A stretch of DNA of 64,000 bases from Euglena gracilis (lineage: Eukaryota): assembly GCA_039621445.1 (NCBI GenBank), contig CP154954.1, positions 25,928,954 to 25,992,953 on the forward strand, given 5' to 3'. The translations under genes were made by a program, and so were the position numbers. The number at the start of each line of letters is the position of its first letter. Position 1 is the stretch's first letter. A model generated the notes under the pieces. That model did no database searches, was not told the DNA's origin, and saw only the letters and a program-made list of their open reading frames with translations. Shown here piece by piece: positions 1 to 63,719 of this stretch.

Positions 1-685
1 TTTTGTACCCGCTTCGACCCCCAGCTTGGGCCCTCGTTCTGGCTAGGCAGACTCTTATTGCGATGGGGGCAGACTCAAACCCAGGGGGCAGCCTCTCAAT
101 TTGATTCTGGGGGGTGGGAGCTAAATGGTTGTCCCCGGGTTTGCTTCTTTTCCATTGATACACAGAGCCACCGGCGTAGCCTCCGCTTGGGTTTGAAGCT
201 TACAACCTTCTCCTCTCCCAACCCGCTCACCTGGGGGGCAGCCTCGCAGAGGTCAATAATTCCAGGCTTGGGCCAAACCCCCGAATTGAGGAAACCAGCT
301 TCCCGGTGCGTCTCCTCCCCGCCTCTATGGCAACTTGAGGGAGGTCTGGAGAGGGACGTGCGAGATTCAGCGAGGGGGGTTTGGGCGTTCTGAAGAGGTC
401 CCGCTGTCGCAGCATTTGTACACGGAATATGGAAGCCCCACCCCACAAACACACCCAATGCGCAAACAACACAACACCGCACACACTACACACAACACAC
501 ATCCAACACACACCCACGCGCAACACACACATAAAACACACACACACACATCCAACACACACACAACACACACTCATTCACGCAACACACACAGACACAC
601 ACAATATATGCAACCGACCCCTGGCCTGTCCCGACAGGCGGACGTTGCGCACCAGTGCACAGCCACTCCACCCCACCCGCACCAG

Positions 686-52339
<51,654 letters not shown>

Positions 52340-54175
52340 GTGTGGGGGCCGGGGAGCGCAGCGGGGAGGGACGCAGGATGGGGGACGGAGAGCAAATGCA
52401 GAGGCACTTGTGTGAGACGGTGCTCAATAAGCCTCCACAGAAAGCGCCACATTTTTTGACAATCCACAAGGCACACGACAAAAAGCAACAGGTTGCAACC
52501 AAGAATACAATTTATTGAGATCTTTTTCTTCTCCTCATTTAGTATTTATGTTGTCGATCCCATCCCAAAACGCATCAAAGGAATAGTTGCCGCACCCCTT
52601 TCTGCTCTTTTCTGGCACCGAACTCTGCAATGCATTTGGTGTGATTTTGTTGTGGAATTTCTTTTATTTCGCAACGATTTGGAAAGGGTGGCATTTCACC
52701 AGAACCCCTCGCAGCATTTACATAACCTTGCACCCCCATTTACAACCCCTCCATTCAACCCATTTGTGACCCCCCACCCTGGGACCAACAATCAAACTTA
52801 GGCGGCGCGAATTGCCCAAATTTTATGCCATTTTTTAGGCGGTCCAAGTGTGCGGGTTTCCGTGTAGGCCACCCCACCGAAACTCAACTGATATTTCTGA
52901 TAGTTAATACAACCCAGGAATTGTATGCGGGTTTCCGCCTGTTTCCACTGTCTTGACACGTGACCCATTTTGGAAATTAATGGTGAAAAAGGGGTGGTTC
53001 TGTGAAATACCCCCCAGAAACCTGGCCGAAAATGTGAAAATGGAGAAGGGGTGGGAGAACACCTGGCCATTGGAGTCCCGGCCGTGTCACGACGGAGCCG
53101 GACCCCACCTCCGGGAGGGGGGTGACATGGGGGAACCTGTGAGGGAGAGGCACCCGCGTAAGCAACCCGTGCACTTTTTGAGGACTGGTGAGTGCCGACG
53201 AGCAGTGACGGGAGGGGGAAACGAATACCACTGCGGAACTGATTCTGTAATTTTTGACAGATGAGGTGTTGAGCGGGAAACCGCGCAGAACAGTTGAACG
53301 ATCTGAAAGAGACTAACACTTCAAGAGGGCGCTGAATGACCAAGGCAGGGTAAAAGTGAACTTGTGCGGTTATCCGTGCAAAAACACACTGGGAAACCCC
53401 TGGGGACGTTGGACTGTAAACTGGACGTGACATCCAATGGGGCACCTGACCCAAGGCAGCCCTCTTCCCATGCCCCCTCCCCCTCACCGCCCGCCTGCCA
53501 GAGACTGCGATAGCACACGAAGCGCAACGACAGAAAGAAGGGTGGGAGGGGGAGGGTGTGTGTGTGCGGATCACCGTGCAGGGTCCTGGAGGGGGCCTTG
53601 GTCCTGGGGGGAAGAGAGCGAGCCGAAGTCTCTGTGGGCGGTCCAGAGGGGAAGAGAGAGAGACACACGGAGGGGACGAACGGACAGCCGAATGGGTGGT
53701 CCAGGTCCAGGCATACGAGATGTGGTCTCAGAGAGGGGTGTGCGTCAGAGAGGCATCTCACACTCCATACACTGCACTCGCAAAAGGGTTGGTTGGGCGC
53801 ATTGAATGGGAGACCAGGAATGTGTGCCCTGGACCTCACACAGCGGTTTGGGGCGTCCGGTGGGTCCCAGGTGGAAAAAGGGTACGATGGAGTGGTCCAG
53901 GGGTTGGGTTCCTGTCGAAAGGTGAAAGGCGTTTGGGCAGTCCCGGGGGCAGTGGGTGTGCGGTGAGGGTGTGTGATACACGAAAAAACCAAAGCAGCGG
54001 GCGGTCCCAGGTTCAAAAGTATCGGGCGGTCCATACAGGAGGGGCAGAGGGAGCTGCTCCGACGGCTGCCCACGGCCGTCCACGGCCGTGCACTCGGTGG
54101 GGATGGCGGCTGCCTGCCGCCCCGCCGCGCCCGGCCCGCCCGCCCGGCCCGCCCGGCCCGCGCTGCTGCTCACAC

Positions 54176-57100
54176 GTTGAGCAGCTCCTCCAGCGCGCCG
54201 GCCGGCGTGGGCTTCTTCTTCAGCTGACCCTCCCCCCTTGGACTTGATGGATTGGAGGAGGGAGGAGGGGTGTACGCGTGCAGTGAATGAGTCAGCAAGC
54301 CGTGCGCGGTTTCCTGTGAACATCACTGACGAACATAGGGTCCTAGATCCGTCCAGAGTTTGTAAGGACACAGGCACTGTGCATGCAAAACCTCCTGAAC
54401 CCAAAAAGAGCATAGGAGATTGTGTGCGGGTTTCCGTGCAGCGCAGAAGAAGACGCACGTGTGCGGTTTCCCGCGTGCCAAGCCGTGGCTGCAAAACCCA
54501 GGGGCTGAAGGAGCACATTGATAGGACGCACTGAAGGTGCACATTGATAGGACACACGCTGAAGGGGGGACCGTGTTGGGGGCGGTCGCGGCACGATCTC
54601 CTCAATCTCGTCCTCCGGTTCACCGGCGGCGGCCTCGGTGCGCGGCGGGGGTGCGGGCCGGGCGCTGGCGGCCCGTCACCGGGGTCTCCGGCGCCGGCTG
54701 CTCCTGCGCCGCTGCTGGCGGTGCGGCCGCGCCTTTCCGCAGCCCGGAGGGGGTGGAGGCCCCCTTGCGGCCCGCCGCCGCGCCGCCGCCGCTGGCCGAC
54801 GGCTTCTTGGCCGGCGTTACCGGGGCTTCACTCTCCTTCGCGGCAGGCTCCCTCTCATTCCACTCCTTCCCCTTGGCGGCCGGGGGGGGCCTTCTCCTTC
54901 TCCTTCTCCTTCCCCTTGGCGGGGGTCTCCTTCTTGCCCCGCCCCTTGGCTGGCGGCGGGGGCGAGGGCTCCCGGCCCTCCTTCTCCGGCTCCTTCCTCT
55001 TCGGCCGGGGGGGCATGTCCTCCTCTTCCTTCTCCCCCTTCTCCTCCTCCTCCTCCAGCCCGCCCCGGCCGGAGACGTCCAGGGGCTCATGGTGGGTGAT
55101 GCGGTGGTGGACGTTGATGGCCACAGGGGCCACCACCCGGGTGGGGTGGGTCATAGCAACAGGCATAGCAACAGCCAGTCATAGAAACAGCCAAGCACAC
55201 CGCTCCACGGGAATCCGCACGCGTGCACTGTCCGCGGGAAACCGCGTGCACGCTGTGCATCACGTTCCGATGCTGTACTAACGGCTCATGCATGCAGAGT
55301 CGATACGGGCAAACGTTCCCCCCCCCCCTCGTCTGGCCTGCACTGAGGTGGCGCCCTGATCCCACAGGATGGCCGGCTTCCCGTCGGCCACTTTGATCTC
55401 GCGCTGCAGCTGGTCCACCCGCAGCTGCATCGCCTCGTCCGCCTCCTCCAGGAGGTCGGGGTCCCCCCAGATGACGCCGATGGGGACCTGCAGCCGGGTG
55501 GCGAGGTCCGCCGGGAGGGCGGCGTGGCGGGTGACCGCCAGCACCCAGTTGTGGGCCTCCACGTGCAGCCGCGCCAGCAGCCACCACGCCACCTCCACCG
55601 GCAGGGTGGGCGGCCCCTCCCCCGCAGAGCTGTGTCTCACTTTCAGGCGGGAGGGATGAGGAGTGCGGGTCGAAAAGGGAATTGGCCAAAAGGAATTCAC
55701 CCTGTGGAACTGAACGTCGTTCTTTCAGCAGAGGAAAGGGAAAGCACCACGAGAAGTGCACGGAAAACCGTTTAAATTGTAAAATTGTACCTGGACTGAC
55801 AATCATTTTGATGAACAGAATTGTACCAATACCTATAAACTGACCAAGGATGTTGACTGTGACGTTTCTTTTGTTTTTTAGGTATGAACAAAACACTGAC
55901 CCTGTCCTACTAGGGTGATCTGATGTGGCACGTGCGGGGGACGATGAAGGTGTGTGTAGACGGAACGGCAGTGGAACATTGATCTTCTGAGTCACAGCAT
56001 GGATCTTAAGAAACATTCGTGTGCACGGAGAGTATCCCGTGTGCGCAGGTGTGTGTATCAGTCCTGTGCGGATTCCCGTGCACTCCACAAAGTTGTGCGG
56101 ATTCCCGTGTCCCCCCAAAAAAGAGAACGTTCTGTTGGTTTAAAAAAAAAGAAAAAACGAAACGAAGGGTGTGCACACCCGAAAGTCCGTCTTGCTGCTG
56201 AAGAGGGCGGTGACGGTGGTGATGTTGAAGAGGTAGGTGCGGTCCACGTTGGACTTCACCGGCCGGTGCAGGGTGACGTCCACACGACGCATCTCGTCGG
56301 GGACGTCCATGCCCTTCTGCAGCGTCTGCTGCAGGGCCCCGATGGCGAACGCCCGCCCCGTGGCCACGAACGGGACCCCGCGGCTCCACAGTCTCAGGAG
56401 CTCAGGGTGGACGTCGGCGTCGCTCAGCCCGTCCGGGACCTCCACCACCACCGCGTCGACGTTCAGCTCCATGATCTCCCGCGGCATCCCCGCGGTGGGG
56501 TGGAGGGGGACCACGTGCGCCAGGCGGGACGGCTCGGGACTCTCCCCACGCTCCGCCGCTTCCGCCCTTCTTCGCCCCCGGGTGGACCGGCTGCCCGCCC
56601 GCGGAGAGCCAGCCTCAAACAGCTCCCCCTCCCCAGACGTGGGCTGACTGGGGGACCCCTCCGCCTCCTCCCGGCTGCTGCCGGCCGCCGCTGTGGCCGC
56701 CCCGCGCGCCGACCGCCCCGCCACCCCCCACCCCGCTGAGGTCCGGGTGCAGAAGCGGCCCCCGTACCGCACCGTGGGCTCGGCGAGCGGCTGGGCCAGC
56801 CGCGCCCGCAGGGGAGCGTAGCGCTCAGTCCCCCACAGGGGGGAGCGGAGGACCGCCTCCCGCGGTGGCCGGCCTCAGGACCACCCCGAACCTCAGACAT
56901 CACAGGGAGAATCCTGAGCCAGGACACACAAAAAACGAAACAGCTGCACTCCGTGACATTCTAATGTGACTTGTGATATTTCAGGCGGGTTCCCGTGTAA
57001 AAACAACCATGTGCTACTAACCAAAGGTAAAGGGAAAAAGTGCACACACACACGTCCTGGATAGTCCTGCGCACGGGTGCTGGGCCGACCAGCGCCAGTT

Positions 57101-59194
57101 GGTACCGGTGAGCGGCACCTTGATGTCCGCGCTGTCCATGCTCTGCTCCAGGCTGGGCACCATGGCCAGGGTACCTGAGCACGAGAACGGTGACGTCAGC
57201 AAAGAATCCCATCACTACGCACGCTTCCATGTACAAGCGTCTTTCCACGGAAACCCGCCTGAGAATCACAACCTTAAAAAGAAAACGTGTGGCCACAGAG
57301 TGCGGAAGACAGCGCAGAGTAGACATACGGCGGGTCGGGTGGACGTGGTGAAGGTCCGGGTGCATCAGCAGCCACGTCCACGTGCGGCGGCGGATCAGCG
57401 TCCCCACCACCGCCTTGACGGCGGAGTGCCATTCCTCCCCCGGCACAGTCCACCCCAGCGCGCATTGTGTGGTGTGCGGTTTACCGCGTACTGTCTCTGT
57501 ATCCACTCGAACAGTAAAACTGGTTCAACTGTCCCCCGTATGATCACAGTTTCCTTGTGGGCGTGCGCCTGTGTGTGTCTGTCTGTGTGAAAGTGCGGGC
57601 ACAGTCCCAACAGAGACAGACAGTGAAATGGACATCCGAACCAGCCGCACCGTCGTCGCCTTCGCCGCCTCGTCCAGCATCTCCCTCGTCAGGGCGACGT
57701 AGTCCTGCGGGTCGTACAGCTGCTCGATCGCCTTGAACGCGTACGGGGACAGCGCCGCCGCCACCCCCGTCGTGGGGCGCGCCTCCAGCGCCCGCACCGC
57801 CTCCACCACCGGCCGCCCGCTGTGCAGCAGCCACTCCGCCAGCGGCTGCATCGACTTCACCCAGTTGTCCTGCACAGAGGAGGTCAGGGAGAGTTGAGGG
57901 GGGGGGGGCAACAGGGGGGGGGATTGAGTGATGTGTACGTGATAGCTGGAATATCAAAGGACAGGGTGCGCGCACTCACTCTCCCTCTGAGGAGCAAAAA
58001 GAAAGGAAGCAGGCCATCTCGGCGGGAATCCGTGCATTGCATCAAATAGAGAACAGCGCACACGGAAATCCGCGCACACACCATCTTGCCGTGGGACGCC
58101 TCCGTGCACCCCGTCTTCACGTACACCCGCTTCAGCAGCTCCGTCCGGTTCACCGTCAGGCGGGCGGCGGTCCCCGCCTCGCCGTCCGGCACCGCCCCCG
58201 GCCGCTCCCGCTCCACCTCCCGCTCCAGCCACTCCACCCGCTGGCTGAGGGACATCTCCCTCACCGTCCCGTCCCGGGCTTGCATGCTCCCCGCCACGCG
58301 CTGCCTCTCCTCGAGGCTGGCCGACCCCAGCACCGTGTGGCAGTTGAACCACTCGGTCCACTGCGGCGCCGGCCGCGCGTCGGCCACCGCCGCGTCCGCC
58401 ACCTGGGTGGCCGCCAGGAAGCGGTGCTGCCCGCTCAGGATGACGAACTTCCCCGTCGCTGTGACAACAGGGAGGTCAACAGTGCCACTGAGTGTTGTTC
58501 AGGTGCACGGATTCCCGCCTGGATCACCACCCCAAATCAAAAAAAAACCAGTACAAACGGTGTACATTTCATTATTCCGTCATTTGGGAAGCATCCGCCG
58601 CCATTTACAACATCCATGAATACAGACAGGCTGGCCTACTATGCTGATAGAAACAAAACACACCCTGCTCCGGCCACACCACGAAGCTCAAGGCCCCCAC
58701 CGGCGGGTTCTCCGTGAACGCCTTGACGAGGCTGTCCACGTGGGCCTTTTCGACCCGCCGCACCTGCCCTCGCGTGAGGGTCTCGTCCAGCACCAACACG
58801 TCAAGGCGCGGAGGCTGTCTGGCTCTCCAGGGTTTCAGCTGAAAGTTCTGAACGGACAACTGCACAGGATGTCTGATGCACGCGCACGCCAAACACAAAT
58901 CTGAGCGGTTTGCACGGAAACCCGCACAGCTGTAGAAACCAAAGGACGTCAATGACACTGAAACAAACTGGGTGAGTGTCATCCAAAAAATGGAGTGACT
59001 TCTCCCGTACTTTCCAAAACATCCCAGGAATGAGGAACCGTCAAACACCCTCGGACGATTGTACGACAAAAAAAAAGGAGAGAACCACACAAGCCAGCTC
59101 CAGACCCCCTCCGGACACGGGCCAGCGGGGTCGGGGTCTTCGACACCAGCTCCGTCGCCGAGCGAGTGGGCGCCGTGGGCTTCCGGGCTGCCAT
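54176..59194 (-). CDS. ParB/Srx-domain protein with possible degenerate amino-methyltransferase region and low-complexity K/E/P tail
   Basis: Exons 59194-59106, 58872-58664, 58458-58082, 57869-57642, ~57460-57329, 57174-57073, 56870-56179, 55986-55901, 55629-~55344, ~55119-~54570, ~54250-54176; most junctions are phase-consistent GT-AG. ParB signature GQVRRVEKAHVDSLVKAF..VVW..GKFVILSGQHRFLAA. The 3' exons are uncertain. Confidence 0.65.
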
Positions 59195-59200
59195 CAGAGG

Positions 59201-59212
59201 TCTAAAAAAACG
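59201..59212 (-). promoter_or_regulatory. splice (possibly spliced-leader trans-splice) acceptor just upstream of the ParB-gene ATG
   Basis: Minus strand reads TTTTTTTAG|ACCTCTGATG. Confidence 0.4.
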
Positions 59213-59431
59213 AGGCAGCGTGAAAACAGCAGAAATAAAGGAAATTCAGGTCAGAAACAGTCCCCACGCAAACACTTTTGTGAATATAAATAAGCAGAAA
59301 ATATGGGATAGTCAGTTCAATCAAAAAAATAATTGTCATTAAACGAAACACAGCAGTGACCACTCCGCAGAGCACCCCCCTTTTGGCTGGGTGGAGAATG
59401 CTTTTGCACGGAAACCCGCCCGCCACCCCCG

Positions 59432-62400
59432 TCATATTCTGAAACAAACCCTCACCCTCGCTCTGAAGGCCTCCAGCTGACTCCCTGATATACAGAGAGG
59501 TTCAGGACCACATACAAAGACCGGGGTCCGGTAGGGACACACCGCCGCTGGGGACAGACTGAGGTCCTCATCCGAGGAGGAGGACCCAGACGACGTCGGG
59601 CGGCTGCTCAGCAGCTCCCCCAGACTGCCGAGGCCATCTGAGGCCGCCGGGGAGACGTACCCCTCGGACAGCGTGCCCGGCGGCTCGTACAGCGACTCCG
59701 CTGTACTGGGCGGCTCGTACAGGCTCTCCGCCTCGGGCAGCTCCAGCGCCGGCCATCCCGGTTGAACCGCAGGCGGCTGCACCACCGCCGCCACGGCCGC
59801 GGAGGAACTGGGCTCCTCCGGGGTGAACCGGACGCGGCCCTCCGCCGGGGACTCCTCGGCAGGCCTCATCACCTCCGGCGGCGCAGGTTCCGCTCCTGCA
59901 CGGGTTTCCGCACGGGCCACCGCCTCTGCGCGGGTTTCCGCTTGCCCGCTGGTCGCCAGTTCGACGTCCCCCGGGGGCGTGGGGCTGCGGCGCCGCCGCT
60001 GCCGCTGGTGGAGGAAGTTGTCCATCGCCCGCTGGCGACGGGCGAACTCCTGGGGGTCCACCGGCCCGACGTTCTCCCGCATCCAGACCAGGATGTCGGG
60101 GGTCAGGGCCCGGCCGCTCACCAGGGTCAGGAGGGAGGTCCGCATCAGGGCCTCCAGCGCCCGGACGTCCACGATCTCCGGCAGGATGGGCGGGGACCCC
60201 CACCGGGGGAACTCCACCTCGGCGGCGTCCACCCAGGCGACCCGCGTGGCGTCCACCCGGCGGGGGAAGGGGCGGCCCTCGGGGTGGTCCGCCAGCTGGC
60301 GCACCCGGCGGGTCATCTCGGCGACCAGCCCCAGCCGCAGGGAACCCCGGCTGGCGTGCGGCGCCCCCGACGGCGGCGGCAGGCCGAGGAACAGCTGCAG
60401 GGTGCCCCGGAAGTCCGTGACGTACGGCGACCGACGGCAGGCACCCGACAGGCGCGACAGCATCGCCTCGCCGGCCTCCTCCACGAAGACGCACCCGGGC
60501 AGGCGGGACATCCACGGCTGCCAGGTCAGCAGGGCCAGGGAGATGGTCCGCATGTACTCCGAGGGGAGGCCATGCGGACTCATGGCCCGCTCGAGGTGGG
60601 CCTGCAGGACCAGGCAGCGCTCCAGCACCTGCCGCGCCGTCTCCCCCTTCACCTCGTCGTCGGGGCGGCCGCGCCAGGTGCACTGCCGCACCTTGAAGCC
60701 GAGGTGGAGGAGCGCCGGCAGGAAGAAGGTGAGGAGGCGGTGCAGCCCCAGGAGCAGCTGCGGACCGTACGCGTCAGCCGCAGTGGGGGCGGAGACGTGC
60801 ACGCGCTGGCTCTCCTCCCGGAGACGATCCTCCAGGTGGCGTCAGAGTGACAGATGGGCTCTCGAAGTGTCTTCACCCACCAGAGGAACAGAGAGGCTGA
60901 CAAGCTGGCCTACGTAACCTATCACCAGGGTCCTTTACGCGGGTTTCCGCACAAAGCGGACAGACTGTGACGGACAGATGGGAGAGATGTGACACCGACT
61001 AACATACGACATGACTGTGCGGATAACCGCATAAACATTGGCCTGATGTACCAGGTGCAGCCTGAAAGCAGCCAGCTTGGGCAGTGGTCACCCTGGCTGG
61101 GGCAGCACGTCGGCCCGGGTCAACAGGAGGCTGGCGAACAGCTTCTCCATGTACAGCACCTTCCGGTGCGACCGCAGGGACGTCGTCAGCTGCCGGCTGC
61201 CCCCGGCGCCAACCGGCACCTCCAGGTGGGCCAGCACCGGGAAGAACGCCCGGTACACCACCGTCACCGTGTGCTTGTAGGCATGCCAGATGCCGTACAG
61301 CAGGGGGACGTTGGCGAGGTGCTCCCCCATCCGGAAGCGCAGCGCCGGGGCCGAGTAGAGGAGGCGGAGGATGCGGTAGTGGATGTTCTCATCCACCAGG
61401 AGGGGCAGCTGGCGGCCCGACCGCGCCTGCAGCTGCAGCACGGTCTCCAGGAGCTGGAGGAGGTCCCGGTTCGAGCTCACCGTCTGCTCGGTCAGGGAGA
61501 AGGGCCTCCACCGCAGCGACCGCATCGCGTCCCGCTGCATGTCCAGCGGGACGCGGACGTTGTCCACCGAGAGCTCCGCCCGGTGGAGGCCGCGGACCGC
61601 CTGGTGCAGCTTCTTCGCCGACTGCAGGCACAGGTCGGCCGCCCAGCGGAGGTGCTGCACCACCGTCCCGAACTCCGGGTGGCCCGTGGACACGGGGAAC
61701 GTCACGGACCGCGTCAAAGTCCCCTGACGAGTCCGCAGGGGGTCGATCTGCAGCAGTCACCACACAGAGGGCCTGCTCACTGAGCCAACCAGGTACGTGT
61801 ACGCATACACAACCCTGAAGTGTGCGGGTTTCCGTACAAACCAACACTGATTACACGGAAACCCGCACAAACGCGTCTGACAACCACCTTTGTACTTAAC
61901 CCTGTACACACCTTGGGGGATGTTGAGCTTTGTTTTCACCAGTGTCACCGTTCACCTGTCCCTTGTCACCAACTGTGTCACCCCGACTTGTGGGGTTCTT
62001 GAGCAGTTCATTCATTCAGTGCATTTTAGACAGACCATTCCCAGGCGGAAAACCGCGCACGTCTTGTCATGCACGGATGGTCATCGTCAGGCCCACTTCG
62101 CCAACAGCAGAAGGCAGAGTAGGCACCCTGAACCCAGGGCGGTGACGTTGCGGCTGTAGCTGGGCTGGGTGGGGTCCGTGCCCCACCGCAGCCAGCAGAA
62201 GTTGTCCAGCCACAGCACGCACTGGTGGCCGTCCAACGCCCGCAGCACCGCGTCCCGGGCCCTTCGCGCCCGCTCCCGCACCAGCTCCTCCGTGGGGCCC
62301 ACCAGACCGGCGGGCCGCAGCAGTCGACGGGTAGCGCGTGGCAGGTCCTGCAGCGTCTGCTGCGCCGGGGCGGGGGCCAGGGCGGCCGCCGGCGTGACCA

Positions 62401-62710
62401 GCTCGCCGAAGGGCACGGCCAGCCGTCGCAGCGTCCGCCACAGCGCCAGCAGCCCGTCGGTGAAGCGGGCCATCCACATCGGCCGCTCGGACGGGGGCCG
62501 GGTGTACTCCCGCCGCACCTCCCGCAGGCTGCGACGGGACCGGCGGTTGGCCCTGACGGCCAGGCCTGTCTCCACCAGGTTGAGGGCTCCCAGGTGGCCT
62601 CTTCGGAGGGCGTCGTCCAGGATCGCCCAACCATCCGCCGGGGGGGCGCCGGCAAGGTACCCCCGCAGCTGGTCCAGCTGCAACACCAGCGTCTCAGACG
62701 AGGCGGCCAT
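59432..62710 (-). CDS. putative DDE transposase, Academ/DUF6589-like (~880 aa; exons 62710-62134, 61758-61099, 60837-59432)
   Basis: The three exons join in frame (577+660+1406 nt) through two non-conventional introns. Motifs in order: VLWLDNF, LLVDENIHY, LLYGIWHAYK, FVEEAGEAMLS. The family assignment is by motif recall. Confidence 0.65.
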
Positions 62711-63719
62711 TTTTTTTTTTGCACAGTCTGAGACAACGGAGAAGAGAGTGTGCGGATTACCGCGCAGCAGAGGGTGCGTGAGTGAGTCAGGGACACAATG
62801 TAGACACATCTGCTGTACATGCTGAACATTGTTTTCAGTGAATGGACAAAGATCACTCACGTATGTACAGTTTCAACCGTGTTGTCACCCGCGTGTGGGC
62901 AGTGAAGCAGTGTCGTATCGTCGTGCCGACAAGGGCTCAGTCCTTTACACGGGAATCCGCACAACACTGCGCTGTGTTTGATTCAAATCTGTCATCGTAG
63001 CACACTGTGTTGTACCACACACCGCAGCCATTGTAGACCGCTTCTACGCGGGTTTCCGCACAACTGGTGGGAACATCGCAATGACCTGTTCTTCCTTCGC
63101 TATTACCTCCCTCACCGTTGAAATGTTTGCGCTTGATTCTGTGCTGTTGTGCGGGTTCCCGTGTAAAGCCATGGAAGGCTGCTGTTCAGGGTTTCTCAAA
63201 TTTGAAGCCGGCGGGGGCAACAGTACCCGGATCGGTCCGTACGGCGCAATTCAGAGCGCGATTCCAGGTAAGACGGCCCTCCAAAACCGAAGGACCTGGG
63301 ACCTTGTCGCGATTCAGGGTGTTTAGTGGTACAAGCGGATGTTGAAATTCTCGCGATTTGTACCCCCTCGCGAACGGGAGGTGCCACACTGCGACGTAAC
63401 CCCTGGGAAAACACCGTGGTCTGGGGGCCGAAGTCGTTGTTTGTGCGGTTTCCCGCACAAACCGCAGCTCCACGTCGTAGAAGGTGGCCTGTTTTGGGTG
63501 ATGTCAAGGGAGCAGCAGTTCACCCTACGGATGTGTCTCGCGAACGACACAGGAACCGTAAACCAGTCGTGTACCACCAACCACCCTCAGTCGCGAAAGA
63601 GTCCCAGGTAGTCGTGTCCGGGGGAGGTCTACAGCACGCAATCGTGCGGCCCAGTTGGGCGTGTGCACTGAGTCCCCTCAGTGGCCTAGACCAACCCCCC
63701 CGGGGGTATACCGAACTGC

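Noticed and set aside
59762-62825. Long plus-strand ORFs (59762, 59823, 60989, 62169)
   Set aside because: Antisense shadows of the GC-rich minus-strand transposase exons.
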